DNA from: Eledone cirrhosa
Taxonomy: Eukaryota
Direction of reading: 5' to 3'
Assembly (NCBI GenBank): GCA_964016885.1
Contig: OZ024741.1
Span: forward strand, 130,696,001 to 130,760,000
Length of the DNA: 64,000 nucleotides
A model generated the notes under the pieces. That model was not told the DNA's origin, made no database searches, and worked only from the letters and a program-made list of their open reading frames with translations. Below, in pieces: positions 1-14,270 of the stretch; positions within the stretch are counted from its first letter, which is position 1, and each line of letters begins with the position of its first letter. A program made the position numbers and the translations under genes.

Positions 1-239
1 TGTTGCTGTCGTCGTTGTTATTGTTGTTATTGCCGTTGTTGAGGTTGTCATTATTGTTGTTGTTGCTGTCGTCATTGTTATTGTTGTTATTGCCGTTGTT
101 GTCGTTGTCATTACTGTTGTTGTTGTTGCTGTCGTCGTTGTTATTGTTGTTATTGCCGTTGTTGTCGTTGTCATTATTGTTGTTGTTGTTGCTGTCGTCG
201 TTGTTATTGTTGTTATTGCCGTTGTTGTCGTTGTCATTA

Positions 240-960
240 TTGTTGTTGTTGCTGTCGTCGTTGTTATTGTTGTTATTGCCGTTGTTGTCGTTGTCATTAT
301 TGTTGTTGTTGCTGTCCTCATTGTTATTGTTGTTATTGCCGCTGTTGTCGTTGTCATTATTGTTGTTGTTGTTGCTGTCGTCATTGTTATTGTTGTTATT
401 GCCGTTGTTGTCGTTGTTATTGTTGTTGTTGTTGCTGTCGTCATTGTTATTGTTGTTATTGCCGTTGTTGTCGTTGTCATTATTGTTGTTGTTGTTGCTG
501 TCGTCATTGTTATTGTTGTTATTGCCGTTGTTGTCGTTGTCATTATTGTTGTTGTTGTTGCTGTCGTCATTGTTATTGTTGTTATTGCCGTTGTTGTCGT
601 TGTCATTATTGTTGTTGTTGTTGCTGTCGTCGTTGTTATTGTTGTTATTGCCGTTGTTGTCGTTGTCATTATTGTTGTTGTTGCTGTCGTCGTTGTTATT
701 GTTGTTATTGCCGTTGTTGTCGTTGTCATTATTGTTGTTGTTGCTGTCCTCATTGTTATTGTTGTTATTGCCGCTGTTGTCGTTGTCATTATTGTTGTTG
801 TTGTTGCTGTCGTCATTGTTATTGTTGTTATTGCCGTTGTTGTCGTTGTTATTGTTGTTGTTGTTGCTGTCGTCATTGTTATTGTTGTTATTGCCGTTGT
901 TGTCGTTGTCATTATTGTTGTTGTTGTTGCTGTCGTCATTGTTATTGTTGTTATTGCCGT
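240..960. repeat. 432-bp (7-monomer) local duplication
   Basis: Linked variants gtcCTCatt plus gccGCTgtt occur at ~317/341 and again at ~749/773 (offset 432). Confidence 0.75.
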
Positions 961-1139
961 TGTTGTCGTTGTCATTATTGTTGTTGTTGCTGTCGTCGTT
1001 GTTATTGTTGTTACTGCCGTTGTTGTCGTTGTCATTATTGCCGTTGTTGCTGTCGTCGTTGTTATTGTTGTTATTGCCGTTGTTGTCGTTGTCATTATTG
1101 TTGTTGTTGCTTTCGTCGTTGTTATTGTTGTTACTGCCG

Positions 1140-2980
1140 TTGTTGTCGTTGTCATTATTGTTGTTGTTGCTGTCGTCATTGTTATTGTTGTTATTGCCGT
1201 TGTTGTCGTTGTCATTATTGTTGTTGTTGCTGTCGTCATTGTTATTGTTGTTATTGCCGTTGTTGCTGTCGTCGTTGTTATTGTTGTTATTGCCGTTGTT
1301 GTCGTTGTCATTATTGTTGTTGTTGCTGTCGTCGTTGTTATTGTTGTTATTGCCGTTGTTGTCGTTGTCATTATTGTTGTTGTTGTTGCTGTCGTCATTG
1401 TTATTGTTGTTATTGCCGTTGTTGTCGTTGTCATTATTGTTGTTGTTGCTGTCGTCGTTGTTATTGTTGTTATTGCCGTTGTTGTCGTTGTCATTAGTGT
1501 TGTTGTTGCTGTCGTCGTTGTTATTGTTGTTATTGCCGTTGTTGTCATTGTCATTATTGTTGTTGTTGCTTTCGTCGTTGTTATTGTTGTTATTGCCGTT
1601 GTTGTCGTTGTCATTATTGTTGTTGTTGCTGTCGTCGTTGTTATTGTTGTTATTACCGTTGTTGTCGTTGTCATTATTGTTGTTGTTGCTGTCGTCATTG
1701 TTATTGTTGTTATTGCCGTTGTTGTCGTTGTCATTATTGTTGTTGTTGCTTTCGTCGTTGTTATTGTTGTTATTGCCGTTGTTGTCGTTGTCATTATTGT
1801 TGTTGTTGCTTTCGTCGTTGTTATTGTTGTTATTGCCGTTGTTGTCGTTGTCATTATTGTTGTTGTTGCTGTCGTCGTTGTTATTGTTGTTGTTGCTGTT
1901 GTTGTCGTTGTCATTAGTGTTGTTGTTGCTGTCGTCATTGTTATTGTTGTTATTGCCGTTGTTGTCGTTGTCATTATTGTTGTTGTTGCTTTCGTCGTTG
2001 TTATTGTTGTTACTGGCGTTGTTGTCGTTGTCATTATTGTTGTTGTTGCTGTCGTCATTGTTATTGCTGTTATTGCCGTTGTTGTCGTTGTCATTATTGT
2101 TGTTGTTGCTGTCGTCATTGTTATTGTTGTTATTGCCGTTGTTGTCATTGTCATTATTGTTGTTGTTGCTTTCGTCGTTGTTATTGTTGTTACTGGCGTT
2201 GTTGTCGTTGTCATTATTGTTGTTGTTGCTGTCGTCATTGTTATTGTTGTTATTGCCGTTGTTGTCGTTGTCATTATTGTTGTCGTTGTTGCTGTCGTCG
2301 TTGTTATTGTTGTTATTGCCGTTGTTGTCGTTGTCATTATTGTTGTTGTTGCTGTCGTCATTGTTATTGTTGTTATTGCCGTTGTTGTCGTTGTCATTAT
2401 TGTTGTTGTTGCTGTCGTCATTGTTATTGTTGTTATTGCCGTTGTTGCTGTCGTCGTTGTTATTGTTGTTATTGCCGTTGTTGTCGTTGTCATTATTGTT
2501 GTTGTTGCTGTCGTCGTTGTTATTGTTGTTATTGCCGTTGTTGTCGTTGTCATTATTGTTGTTGTTGTTGCTGTCGTCATTGTTATTGTTGTTATTGCCG
2601 TTGTTGTCGTTGTCATTATTGTTGTTGTTGCTGTCGTCGTTGTTATTGTTGTTATTGCCGTTGTTGTCGTTGTCATTAGTGTTGTTGTTGCTGTCGTCGT
2701 TGTTATTGTTGTTATTGCCGTTGTTGTCATTGTCATTATTGTTGTTGTTGCTTTCGTCGTTGTTATTGTTGTTATTGCCGTTGTTGTCGTTGTCATTATT
2801 GTTGTTGTTGCTGTCGTCGTTGTTATTGTTGTTATTACCGTTGTTGTCGTTGTCATTATTGTTGTTGTTGCTGTCGTCATTGTTATTGTTGTTATTGCCG
2901 TTGTTGTCGTTGTCATTATTGTTGTTGTTGCTTTCGTCGTTGTTATTGTTGTTATTGCCGTTGTTGTCGTTGTCATTATT
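1140..2980. repeat. Block duplicated at 1182-bp offset
   Basis: A truncated 36-bp monomer (gcc at 1256 and 2438), attAGT (1496/2678) and attACC (1655/2837) all share offset 1182. Confidence 0.85.
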
Positions 2981-3399
2981 GTTGTTGTTGCTGTCGTCAT
3001 TGTTATTGCTGTTATTGCCGTTGTTGTCGTTGTCATTATTGTTGTTGTTGCTGTCGTCGTTGTTATTGTTGTTATTACCGTTGTTGTCGTTGTCATTATT
3101 GTTGTTGTTGCTGTCGTCGTTGTTATTGTTGTTATTACCGTTGTTGTCGTTGTCATTATTGTTGTTGTTGCTTTCGTCGTTGTTATTGTTGTTACTGGCG
3201 TTGTTGTCGTTGTCATTATTGTTGTTGTTGCTGTCGTCATTGTTATTGCTGTTATTGCCGTTGTTGTCGTTGTCATTATTGTTGTTGTTGCTGTCGTCAT
3301 TGTTATTGTTGTTATTGCCGTTGTTGTCGTTGTCATTATTGTTGTCGTTGTTGCTGTCGTCGTTGTTATTGTTGTTATTGCCGTTGTTGTCGTTGTCAT

Positions 3400-6300
3400 T
3401 ATTGTTGTTGTTGCTGTCGTCATTGTTATTGTAGTTATTGCCGTTGTTGTCGTTGTTATTGTTGTTGTTGTTGCTGCCGTCGTTGTTATTGTTGTTATTG
3501 CCGTTGTTGTCGTTGTCATTATTGTTGTTGTTGCTGTCGTCGTTGTTATTGTTGTTATTGCCGTTGTTGTCGTTGTCATTAGTGTTGTTGTTGCTGTCGT
3601 CATTGTTATTGTTGTTATTGCCGTTGTTGTCGTTGTCATTATTGTTGTTGTTGCTTTAGTCGTTGTTATTGTTGTTACTGCCGTTGTTGTCGTTGTCATT
3701 AGTGTTGTTGTTGCTGTCGTCATTGTTATTGTTGTTATTGCCGTTGTTGTCGTTGTCATTATTGTTGTTGCTTTCGTCGTTGTTATTGTTGTTACTGCCG
3801 TTGTTGTCGTTGTCATTATTGTTGTTGTTGCTGTCGTCATTGTTATTGTTGTTATTGCCGTTGTTGTCGTTGTCATTATTGTTGTCGTTGTTGCTGTCGT
3901 CGTTGTTATTGATGTTATTGCCGTTGTTGTCGTTGTCATTATTGTTGTTGTTGCTGTCGTCATTGTTATTGTAGTTATTGCCGTTGTTGTCGTTGTTATT
4001 GCTTTTGTTGTTGCTGTCGTCGTTGTTATTGTTGTTATTGCCGTTGTTGTCGTTGTCATTATTGTTGTTGTTGCTGTCGTCGTTGTTATTGTTATTATTG
4101 CCGTTGTTGTCGTTGTCATTATTGTTGTTATCCTCATTGTTATTGTTGTTATTGCCGTTGTTGTCGTTGTCGTTATTGTTGATGTTGCTGTCATCATTGT
4201 TATTGTTGTTATTGCCGTTGTTGTAGTTGTCATTATTGTTGTTGTTGTTGTCGTCATTGTTATCGTTGTTATTGCCGTTGTTGTCATAGTTATTATTGTT
4301 GTTGTTGTTGTCCTCATTGTTATTGCTGTTATTGCCGTTGTTGTCGGTGTCATTATTGTTGTTGTTGTTGTCCTCATTGTTATTGTTGTTATTGCCGTTG
4401 TTGTCGTTGTCATTATTGTTGTTGTTGCTGTCATCATTGTTATTGTTGTTATTGCCGTTGTTGTCATTGTTATTATTGTTGTTGTTGTTGTCGTCATTGT
4501 TATTGTTGTTATTGCCGTTGTTGTCGTTGTCATTATTGTTGTTGTTGCTGTCGTCGTTGTTATTGTTGTTATTGCCGTTGTTGTCGTTGTCATTATTGTT
4601 GTTGTTGCTGTCCTCATTGTTATTGTTGTTATTGCCGTTGTTGTCGTTGTCGTTATTGTTGATGTTGCTGTCGTCGTTGTTATTGTTGTTATTGCCGTTG
4701 TTGTCGTTGTCATTATTGTTGTTGTTGCTGTCGTCATTGTTATTGTTGTTATTGCCGTTGTTGTCGTTGTCATTATTGTTGTTGTTGCTGTCCGCATTGT
4801 TATTGTTGTTATTGCCGCTGTTGTCGTTGTCGTTATTGTTGATGTTGCTGTCGTCGTTGTTATTGTTGTTACTGCCGTTGTTGTCGTTGTCATTATTGTT
4901 GTTGTTGCTGTCGTCATTGTTATTGTTGTTATTGCCGTTGTTGTCGTTGTCATTATTGTTGTCGTTGTTGCTGTCGTCGTTGTTATTGTTGTTATTGCCG
5001 TTGTTGTCGTTGTCATTATTGTTGTTGTTGCTGTCGTCATTGTTATTGTAGTTATTGCCGTTGTTGTCGTTGTTATTGTTGTTGTTGTTGCTGCCGTCGT
5101 TGTTATTGTTGTTATTGCCGTTGTTGTCGTTGTCATTATTGTTGTTGTTGTTGCTGTCGTCGTTGTTATTGTTGTTGTTGTTGCTGTCGTCGTTGTTATT
5201 GTTGTTATTGCCGTTGTTGTCGTTGTCATTATTGTTGTTGTTGTTGCTGTCGTCGTTGTTATTGTTGTTATTGCCGTTGTTGTTGTCATTATTGTTGTTG
5301 TTGCTGTCGTCATTTTTATTGTTGTTATTGCCGTTGTTGTCGTTGTCATTATTGTTGTTGTTGTTGCTGTCGTCGTTGTTATTGTTGTTATTGCCGTTGT
5401 TGTCGTTGTCATTATTGTTGTTATTGCTGTCGTCGTTGTTATTGTTGTTATTGCCGTTGTTGTCGTTGTCATTATTGTTGTTGTTGCTGTCCTCATTGTT
5501 ATTGTTGTTATTGCCGTTGTTGTCGTTGTCATTATTGTTGTTATTGCTGTCGTCGTTGTTATTGTTGTTATTGCCGTTGTTGTCGTTGTCATTATTGTTG
5601 TTGTTGCTGTCCTCATTGTTATTGTTGTTATTGCCGTTGTTGTCGTTGTCATTATTGTTGTTATTGCTGTCGTCGTTGTTATTGTTGTTATTGCCGTTGT
5701 TGTCGTTGTCATTATTGTTGTTGTTGCTGTCCTCATTGTTATTGTTGTTATTGCCGTTGTTGTCGTTGTCATTATTGTTGTTATTGCTGTCGTCGTTGTT
5801 ATTGTTGTTATTGCCGTTGTTGTCGTTGTCATTATTGTTGTTGTTGCTGTCCTCATTGTTATTGTTGTTATTGCCGTTGTTGTCGTTGTCATTATTGTTG
5901 TTATTGCTGTCGTCGTTGTTATTGTTGTTATTGCCGTTGTTGTCGTTGTCATTATTGTTGTTGTTGCTGTCCTCATTGTTATTGTTGTTATTGCCGTTGT
6001 TGTCGTTGTCATTATTGTTGTTGTTGCTGTCGTCGTTGTTATTGTTGTTATTGCCGTTGTTGTCGTTGTCATTATTGTTGTTGTTGTTGCTGTCGTCGTT
6101 GTTATTGTTGTTATTGCCGTTGTTGTCGTTGTGATTATTGTTGTTGTTGTTGCTGTCGTCATTGTTATTGTTGTTATTGCCGTTGTTGTCGTTGTCATTA
6201 TTGTTGTTGTTACTGTCGTCGTTGTTATTGTTGTTATTGCCGTTGTTGTCGTTGTCATTATTGTTGTTGTTGCTGTCGTCATTGTTGTTGCTGTTGTTGT

Positions 6301-8460
6301 CATTGTCATTATTGTTGTTGTTGCTGTCGTCGTTGTTATTGTTGTTATTGCCATTGTTGTCGTTGTCATTATAGTTGTTGTTGCTGTCGTCGTTGTTATT
6401 GCTGTTGTTGTCATTGTCATTATTGTTGTTGTTGCTGTCGTCGTTGTTATTGTTGTTATTGCCGTTGTTGTCATTGTCATTATTGTTGTTGTTGCTTTCG
6501 TCGTTGTTATTGTTGTTATTGCCGTTGTTGTCGTTGTCATTATTGTTGTTGTTGCTTTCGTCGTTGTTATTGTTGTTACTGCCGTTGTTGTCGTTGTCAT
6601 TATTGTTGTTGTTGCTGTCGTCATTGTTATTGTTGTTATTGCCGTTGTTGTCATTGTCATTATTGTTGTTGTTGCTTTCGTCGTTGTTATTGTTGTTACT
6701 GGCGTTGTTGTCGTTGTCATTATTGTTGTTGTTGCTGTCGTCATTGTTATTGTTGTTATTGCCGTTGTTGTCGTTGTCATTACTGTTGTCGTTGTTGCTG
6801 TCGTCGTTGTTATTGTTGTTATTGCCGTTGTTGTCGTTGTCATTATTGTTGTTGTTGTTGTTGCTGTCGTCGTTGTTATTGTTGTTATTGCCGTTGTTGT
6901 CATTGTCATTATTGTTGTTGTTGCTGTCGTCATTGTTATTGTTGTTATTGCCGTTGTTGTCGTTGTCATTATTGTTGTTGTTGTTGCTGTCGTCATTGTT
7001 ATTGTAGTTATTGCCGTTGTTGTCGTTGTTATTGTTGTTGTTGTTGCTGCCGTCGTTGTTATTGTTGTTATTGCCGTTGTTGTCGTTGTCATTATTGTTG
7101 TTGTTGCTGTCGTCGTTGTTATTGTTGTTATTGCCGTTGTTGTCGTTGTCATTAGTGTTGTTGTTGCTGTCGTCATTGTTATTGTTGTTATTGCCGTTGT
7201 TGTCGTTGTCATTATTGTTGTTGTTGCTTTAGTCGTTGTTATTGTTGTTACTGCCGTTGTTGTCGTTGTCATTAGTGTTGTTGTTGCTGTTGTCATTGTT
7301 ATTGTTGTTATTGCCGTTGTTGTCGTTGTCATTATTGTTGTTGTTGCTTTCGTCGTTGTTATTGTTGTTGCTGCCGTTGTTGTCGTTGTCATTATTGTTG
7401 TTGTTGCTGTCGTCATTGTTATTGTTGTTATTGCCGTTGTTGTCATTGTCATTATTGTTGTTGTTGCTTTCGTCGTTGTTATTGTTGTTACTGCCGTTGT
7501 TGTCGTTGTCATTATTGTTGTTGTTGCTGTCGTCATTGTTATTGTTGTTATTGCCGTTGTTGTCGTTGTCATTATTGTTGTCGTTGTTGCTGTCGTCGTT
7601 GTTATTGTTGTTATTGCCGTTGTTGTCGTTGTCATTATTGTTGTTGTTGCTGTCGTCATTGTTATTGTAGTTATTGCCGTTGTTGTCGTTGTTATTGCTG
7701 TTGTTGTTGCTGTCGTCGTTGTTATTGTTGTTATTGCCGTTGTTGTCGTTGTCATTATTGTTGTTGTTGCTGTCGTCGTTGTTATTGATATTATTGCCGT
7801 TGTTGTCGTTGTCATTATTGTTGTTGTTGTTGTCCTCATTGTTATTGTTGTTATTGCCGTTGTTGTCGTTGTCGTTATTGTTGATGTTGCTGTCATCATT
7901 GTTATTGTTGTTATTGCCGTTGTTGTAGTTGTCATTATTGTTGTTGTTGTTGTCGTCATTGTTATCGTTGTTATTGCCGTTGTTGTCATTGTTATTATTG
8001 TTGTTGTTGTTGTCCTCATTGTTATTGTTGTTATGGCCGTTGTTGTCGGTGTCATTATTGTTGTTGTTGTTGTCCTCATTGTTATTGTTGTTATTGCCGT
8101 TGTTGTCGTTGTCATTTTTGTTGCTGTTGCTGTCGTCATTGTTATTGTTGTTATTGCCGTTGTTGTCGTTGTCGTTATTGTTGATGTTGCTGTCGTCGTT
8201 GTTATTGTTGTTATTGCCGTTGTTGTCGTTGTCATTATTGTTGTTGTTGCTGTCGTCATTGTTATTGTTGTTATTGCCGTTGTTGTCGTTGTCGTTATTG
8301 TTGATGTTGCTGTCGTCGTTGTTATTGTTGTTATTGCCGTTGATGTCGTTGTCATTATTGTTGTTGCTGTCCGCATTGTTATTGTTGTTATTGCCGCTGT
8401 TGTCGTTGTCGTTATTGTTGATGTTGCTGTCGTCGTTGTTATTGTTGTTATTACCGTTGT
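3400..8460. repeat. Dispersed duplication at ~3.57-3.70 kb offset (about 3400-4860 vs 6975-8460)
   Basis: Rare variants recur in order: gtagtt (Leu-frame stops 3434/7007), gctgccgtc, attagt, gctTTAgtc (3656/7229), later stops 3974/7670 and 4226/7928, and gtcCGCatt near 4793 and 8372. Confidence 0.8.
5401..6000. repeat. Perfect 120-bp dimeric higher-order repeat, 5 copies
   Basis: Lines 5401-6000 alternate exactly between a monomer with gttATTgct and one with gtcCTCatt. Confidence 0.95.
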
Positions 8461-11400
8461 TGTCGTTGTCATTAGTGTTGTTGTTGCTGTCGTCATTGTT
8501 ATTATTGTTATTGCCGTTGTTGTCGTTGTCATTATTGTTGTTGTTGCTTTCGTCGTTGTTATTGTTGTTATTGCCGTTGTTGTCGTTGTCATTATTGTTG
8601 TTGTTGCTGTCGTCATTGTTATTGTTGTTATTGCCGTTGTTGTCATTGTCATTATTGTTGTTGTTGCTTTCGTCGTTGTTATTGTTGTTACTGGCGTTGT
8701 TGTCGTTGTCATTATTGTTGTTGTTGCTGTCGTCATTGTTATTGTTGTTATTGCCGTTGTTGTCGTTGTCATTATTGTTGTCGTTGTTGCTGTCGTCGTT
8801 GTTATTGTTGTTATTGCCGTTGTTGTCGTTGTCATTATTGTTGTTGTTGCTGTCGTCGTTGTTATTGTTGTTATTGCCGTTGTTGTCGTTGTCATTGTTG
8901 TTGTTGTTGCTGTCGTCATTGTTATTGTTGTTATTGCCGTTGTTGTCGTTGTCATTATTGTTGTTGTTGCTGTCGTCGTTGTTATTGTTGTTATTGCCGT
9001 TGTTGTCATTGTCATTATTGTTGTTGTTGCTGTCGTCATTGTTATTGTTGTTATTGCCGTTGTTGTCGTTGTCATTATTGTTGTTGTTGCTGTCGTCGTT
9101 GTTATTGTTGTTATTGCCGTTGTTGTCGTTGTCATTAGTGTTGTTGTTGCTGTCGTCGTTGTTATTGTTGTTATTGCCGTTGTTGTCATTGTCATTATTG
9201 TTGTTGTTGCTTTCGTCGTTGTTATTGTTGTTATTGCCGTTGTTGTCGTTGTCATTATTGTTGTTGTTGTTGCTGTCGTCATTGTTATTGTTGTTATTGC
9301 CGTTGTTGTCGTTGTCATTATTGTTGTTGTTGCTGTCGTCATTGTTATTGTTGTTATTGCCGTTGTTGTCGTTGTCATTATTGTTGTTGTTGCTTTCGTC
9401 GTTGTTATTGTTGTTACTGCCGTTGTTGTCGTTGTCATTATTGTTGTTGTTGCTGTCGTCGTTGTTATTGTTGTTATTGCCGTTGTTGTCATTGTCATTA
9501 TTGTTGTTATTGCTTTCGTCGTTGTTATTGTTGTTACTGCCGTTGTTGTCGTTGTCATTATTGTTGTTGTTGCTGTCGTCATTGTTATTGTTGTTATTGC
9601 CGTTGTTGTCGTTGTCATTATTGTTGTCGTTGTTGTTGTCGTCGTTGTTATTGTTGTTATTGCCGTTGTTGTCGTTGTCATTATTGTTGTTGTTGCTGTC
9701 GTCATTGTTATTGTAGTTATTGCCGTTGATGTCGTTGTTATTGTTGTTGTTGTTGCTGTCGTCGTTGTTATTGTTGTTATTGCCGTTGTTGTCGTTGTCA
9801 TTATTGTTGTTGTTGTCCTCATTGTTATTGTTGTTATTGCCGTTGTTGTCGTTGTCATTATTGTTGTCGTTGCTGTCGTCGTTGTTATTGTTGTTATTGC
9901 CGTTGTTGTCGTTGTCATTATTGTTGTTGTTGCTGTCGTCATTGTTATTGTTGTTATTGCCGTTGTTGTCGTTGTCATTATTGTTGTTGTTGCTTTCGTC
10001 GTTGTTATTTTTGTTACTGCCGTTGTTGTCGTTGTCATTATTGTTGTTGTTGCTGTCGTCATTGTTATTGTAGTTATTGCCGTTGTTTTCGTTGTCATTA
10101 TTGTTGTTGTTGCTTTCGTCGTTGTTATTGTTGTTATTGCCGTTGTTGTCGTTGTCATTATTGTTGTCGTTGTTGTTGTCGTCGTTGTTATTGTTGTTAT
10201 TGCCGTTGTTGTCGTTGTCATTATTGTTGTTGTTGCTGTCGTCATTGTTATTGTAGTTATTGCCGTTGATGTCGTTGTTATTGTTGTTGTTGTTGCTGTC
10301 GTCGTTGTTATTGTTGTTATTGCCGTGGTTGTCGTTGTCATTATTGTTGTTATTGCTGTCGTCGTTGTTATTGTTATTATTGCCGTTGTTGTCGTTGTCA
10401 TTATCGTTGTTGTTGCTGTCGTCGTTGTTATTGTTGTTATTGCCGTTGGTGTCGTTGTCATTATTGTTGTTGTTGTTGTTGTTGTCGTCATTGTTATCGT
10501 TGTTATTGCCGTTGTTGTCATTGTTATTATTGTTGTTGTTGTTGTCCTCATTGTTATTGTTGTTATTGCCGTTGTTGTCGTTGTCATTATTGTTGTTGTT
10601 GCTGTCGTCATTGTTATTGTTGTTATTGCCGTTGTTGTCATTGTTATTATTGTTGTTGTTGTTGTCGTCATTGTTATTGTTGTTATTGCCGTTGTTGTCA
10701 TTGTTATTATTGTTGTTGTTGTTGTCCTCATTGTTATTGTTGTTATTGCCGTTGTTGTCGTTGTCATTATTGTTGTTGTTGCTGTCGTCGTTGTTATTGT
10801 TGTTATTGCCGTTGTTGTCGTTGTCATTATTGTTGTTGTTGCTGTCGTCATTGTTATTGTTGTTATTGCCGTTGTTGTCGTTGTCATTATTGTTATTGTT
10901 GTTGTCGTCATTGTTATTGTTGTTATTGCCGTTGTTGTCGTTGTCGTTATTGTTGATGTTGCTGTCGTCGTCGTTATTGTTGTTATTGCCGTTGTTGTCG
11001 TTGTCATTATTGTTGTTGTTGCTGTCGTCATTGTTATAGGTTGTTATTGCCGTTGTTGTCGTTGTCATTATTGTTGTTGTTGCTGTCCTCATTGTTATTG
11101 TTGTTATTGCCGTTGTTGTCGTTGTCGTTATTGTTGATGTTGCTGTCGTCGTTGTTATTGTTGTTATTGCCGTTGTTGTCGTTGTCATTATTGTTGTTGT
11201 TGCTGTCGTCATTGTTATTGTTGTTATTGCCGTTGTTGACGTTGTCATTATTGTTATTGTTGCTGTCGTCGTTGTTATTGTTGTTATTGCCGTTGGTGTC
11301 GTTGTCATTATTGTTGTTGTTGCTGTCGTCGTTGTTATTGTTGTTGTTGCTGTCGTCGTTGTTATTGTTGTTATTGCCGTTGTTGTCATTGTCATTATTG

Positions 11401-13429
11401 TTGTTGTTGCTGTCGTCATTGTTATTGTTGTTATTGCCGTTGGTGTCGTTGTCATTATTGTTGTTGTTGCTGTCGTCATTGTTATTGTTGTTATTGCCGT
11501 TGTTGTCGTTGTCATTATTGTTGTTGTTGCTGTCGTCCTTGTTATTGTTGTTATTGCCGTTGTTATTGCCGTTGTTGTCGTTGTCATTATTGTTGTTGTT
11601 GCTGTCGTCGTTGTTATTGTGGTTATTGCCGTTGGTGTCGTTGTCATTATTGTTGTTGTTGCTGTCATCGATGTTATTGTTGTTATTGCCGTTGGTGTCG
11701 TTGTCATTATTGTTCTTGTTGCTGTCGTTGTTGTTATTGTTGTTATTGCCGTTGTTGTCATTGTCATTATTGTTGTTGTTGCTGTCGTCATTGTTATTGT
11801 TGTTATTGCCGTTGGTGTCGTTGTCATTATTGTTGTTGTTGCTGTCGTCATTGTTATTGTTGTTATTGCCGTTGTTGTCGTTGTCATTATTGTTGTTGCT
11901 GCTGTCGTCGTTGTTATTGTGGTTATTGTCGTTGGTGTCGTTGTCATTATTGTTGTTGTTGCTGTCATCGTTGTTATTGTTGTTATTGCCGTTGGTGGCG
12001 TTGTCATTATTGTTGTTGTTGCTGTCGTCATTGTTATTGTTGTTATTGCTGTTGTTGTCGTTGTCATTATTGTTGTTGTTGCTGTCGTTTTTGTTATTGT
12101 TGTTATTGCCGTTGGTGTCGTTGTCATTATTGTTGTTGTTGCTGTCATCGTTGTTATTGTTGTTATTGCCGTTGTTGTCGTTGTCATTATTGTTGTTGTT
12201 GCTGTCGTTTTTGTTATTGTTGTTATTGCCGTTGTTGTCATTGTCATTATTGTTGTTGTTGCTGTCGTCATTGTTATTGTTGTTATTGCCGTTGTTGTCG
12301 TTGTTATTATTGTTGTTGTTGCTGTCGTCGTTGTTATTGTTGTTATTGCCGTTGTTGTCGTTGTCATTATTGTTGTTGTTGCTGTCATCATTGTTATTGT
12401 TGTTATTGCCGTTGGTGTCGTTGTCATTATTGTTGTTGTTGCTGTCGTTTTTGTTATTGTTGTTATTGCCGTTGGTGTCGTTGTCATTATTGTTGTCGTT
12501 GTTGCTGTCGTCGTTGTTATTGTTGTTATTGCCGTTGTTGTCGTTGTTATTGTTGTTGTTGTTGCTGTCGTCGTTGTTCTTGTTGTTATTGTCGTTGTTG
12601 TCGTTGTCATTATTGTTGTTGTTGCTGTCGTCGTTGTTATTGTTATTATTGCCGTTGTTGTCGTTGTCATTATTGTTGTTGTTGTTGTCCTCATTGTTAT
12701 TGTTGTTATTGCCGTTGTTGTCGTTGTCGTTATTGTTGATGTTGCTGTCATCATTGTTATTGTTGTTATTGCCGTTGGTGTCGTTGTCATTATTGTTGTT
12801 GTTGCTGTCATCGTTGTTATTGTTGTTATTCTCGTTGGTGTCGTTGTCATTATTGTTGTCGTTGTTGCTGTCGTCGTTGTTATTGTTGTTATTGCCGTTG
12901 TTGTCGTTGTCATTATTGTTGTTGTTGCTGTCGTCATTGTTATTGTAGTTATTGCCGTTGTTGTCGTTGTTATTGTTGTTGTTGTTGCTGTCGTCGTTGT
13001 TATTGTTGTTATTGCCGTTGTTGTCGTTGTCATTATTGTTGTTGTTGCTGTCGTCGTTGTTATTCTTATTATTGACGTTGTTGTCGTTGTCATTATCGTT
13101 GTTGTTGTTGTCCTCATTGTTATTGTTGTTATTGCCGTTGTTGTCGTTGTCGTTATTGTTGATGTTGCTGTCATCATTGTTATTGTTGTTGTTGCCGTTG
13201 TTGTCGTTGACATTATTGTTGTTGTTGTTGTCGTCATTGTTATCGTTGTTATTGCCGTTGTTGTCATTGTTATTATTGTCTTTGTTGTTGTCCTCATTGT
13301 TATTGTTGTTATTGCCGTTGTTGTCGTTGTCATAATTGTTGTTGTTGTTGTCCTCATTGTGATTGTTGTTATTGCCGTTGGTGTCGTTGTCATTATTGTT
13401 GTTGTTGCTGTCGTCATTTTTATTGTTGT

Positions 13430-14270
13430 TATTGCCGTTGTTGTCTTGTTATTATTGTTGTTGTTGTTGTTGTCGTCATTGTTATTGTTGTTATTGCCGT
13501 TGTTGTCGTTGTTATTATTGTTGTTGTTGTTGTCGTCATTGTTATTGTTGTTATTGTCGTTGTCATTATTGTTGTTGTTCCTGTCGTCGTTGTTATTGTT
13601 GTTATTGCCGTTGTTGTCGTTGTCATTATTGTTATTTTTGCTGTCGTCGTTGTTATTGTTGTTATTGCCGTTGGTGTCGTTGTCATTATTGTTGTTGTTG
13701 CTGTCGTCGTTGTTATTGTTGTTATTGCCGTTGTTGTCATTGTCATTATTGTTGTTGTTGCTGTCGTCATTGTTATTGTTGTTATTGCCGTTGGTGTCGT
13801 TGTCATTATTGTTGTTGTTGCTGTCGTCATTGTTATTGTTGTTATTGCCGTTGTTGTCTTGTTATTATTGTTGTTGTTGTTGTTGTCGTCATTGTTATTG
13901 TTGTTATTGCCGTTGTTGTCGTTGTTATTATTGTTGTTGTTGTTGTCGTCATTGTTATTGTTGTTATTGTCGTTGTCATTATTGTTGTTGTTCCTGTCGT
14001 CGTTGTTATTGTTGTTATTGCCGTTGTTGTCGTTGTCATTATTGTTATTTTTGCTGTCGTCGTTGTTATTGTTGTTATTGCCGTTGGTGTCGTTGTCATT
14101 ATTGTTGTTGTTGCTGTCGTCGTTGTTATTGTTGTTATTGCCGTTGTTGTCATTGTCATTATTGTTGTTGTTGCTGTCGTCATTGTTATTGTTGTTATTG
14201 CCGTTGGTGTCGTTGTCATTATTGTTGTTGTTGCTGTCGTCATTGTTATTGTTGTTATTGCCGTTGTTGT
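13430..14270. repeat. 413-bp tandem duplication including a 1-bp deletion
   Basis: The gttgtcttgtt lesion at ~13446/13859 and the cct variant at 13580/13993 share offset 413; minus-strand ORF ends at 13429/13842 agree. Confidence 0.9.
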
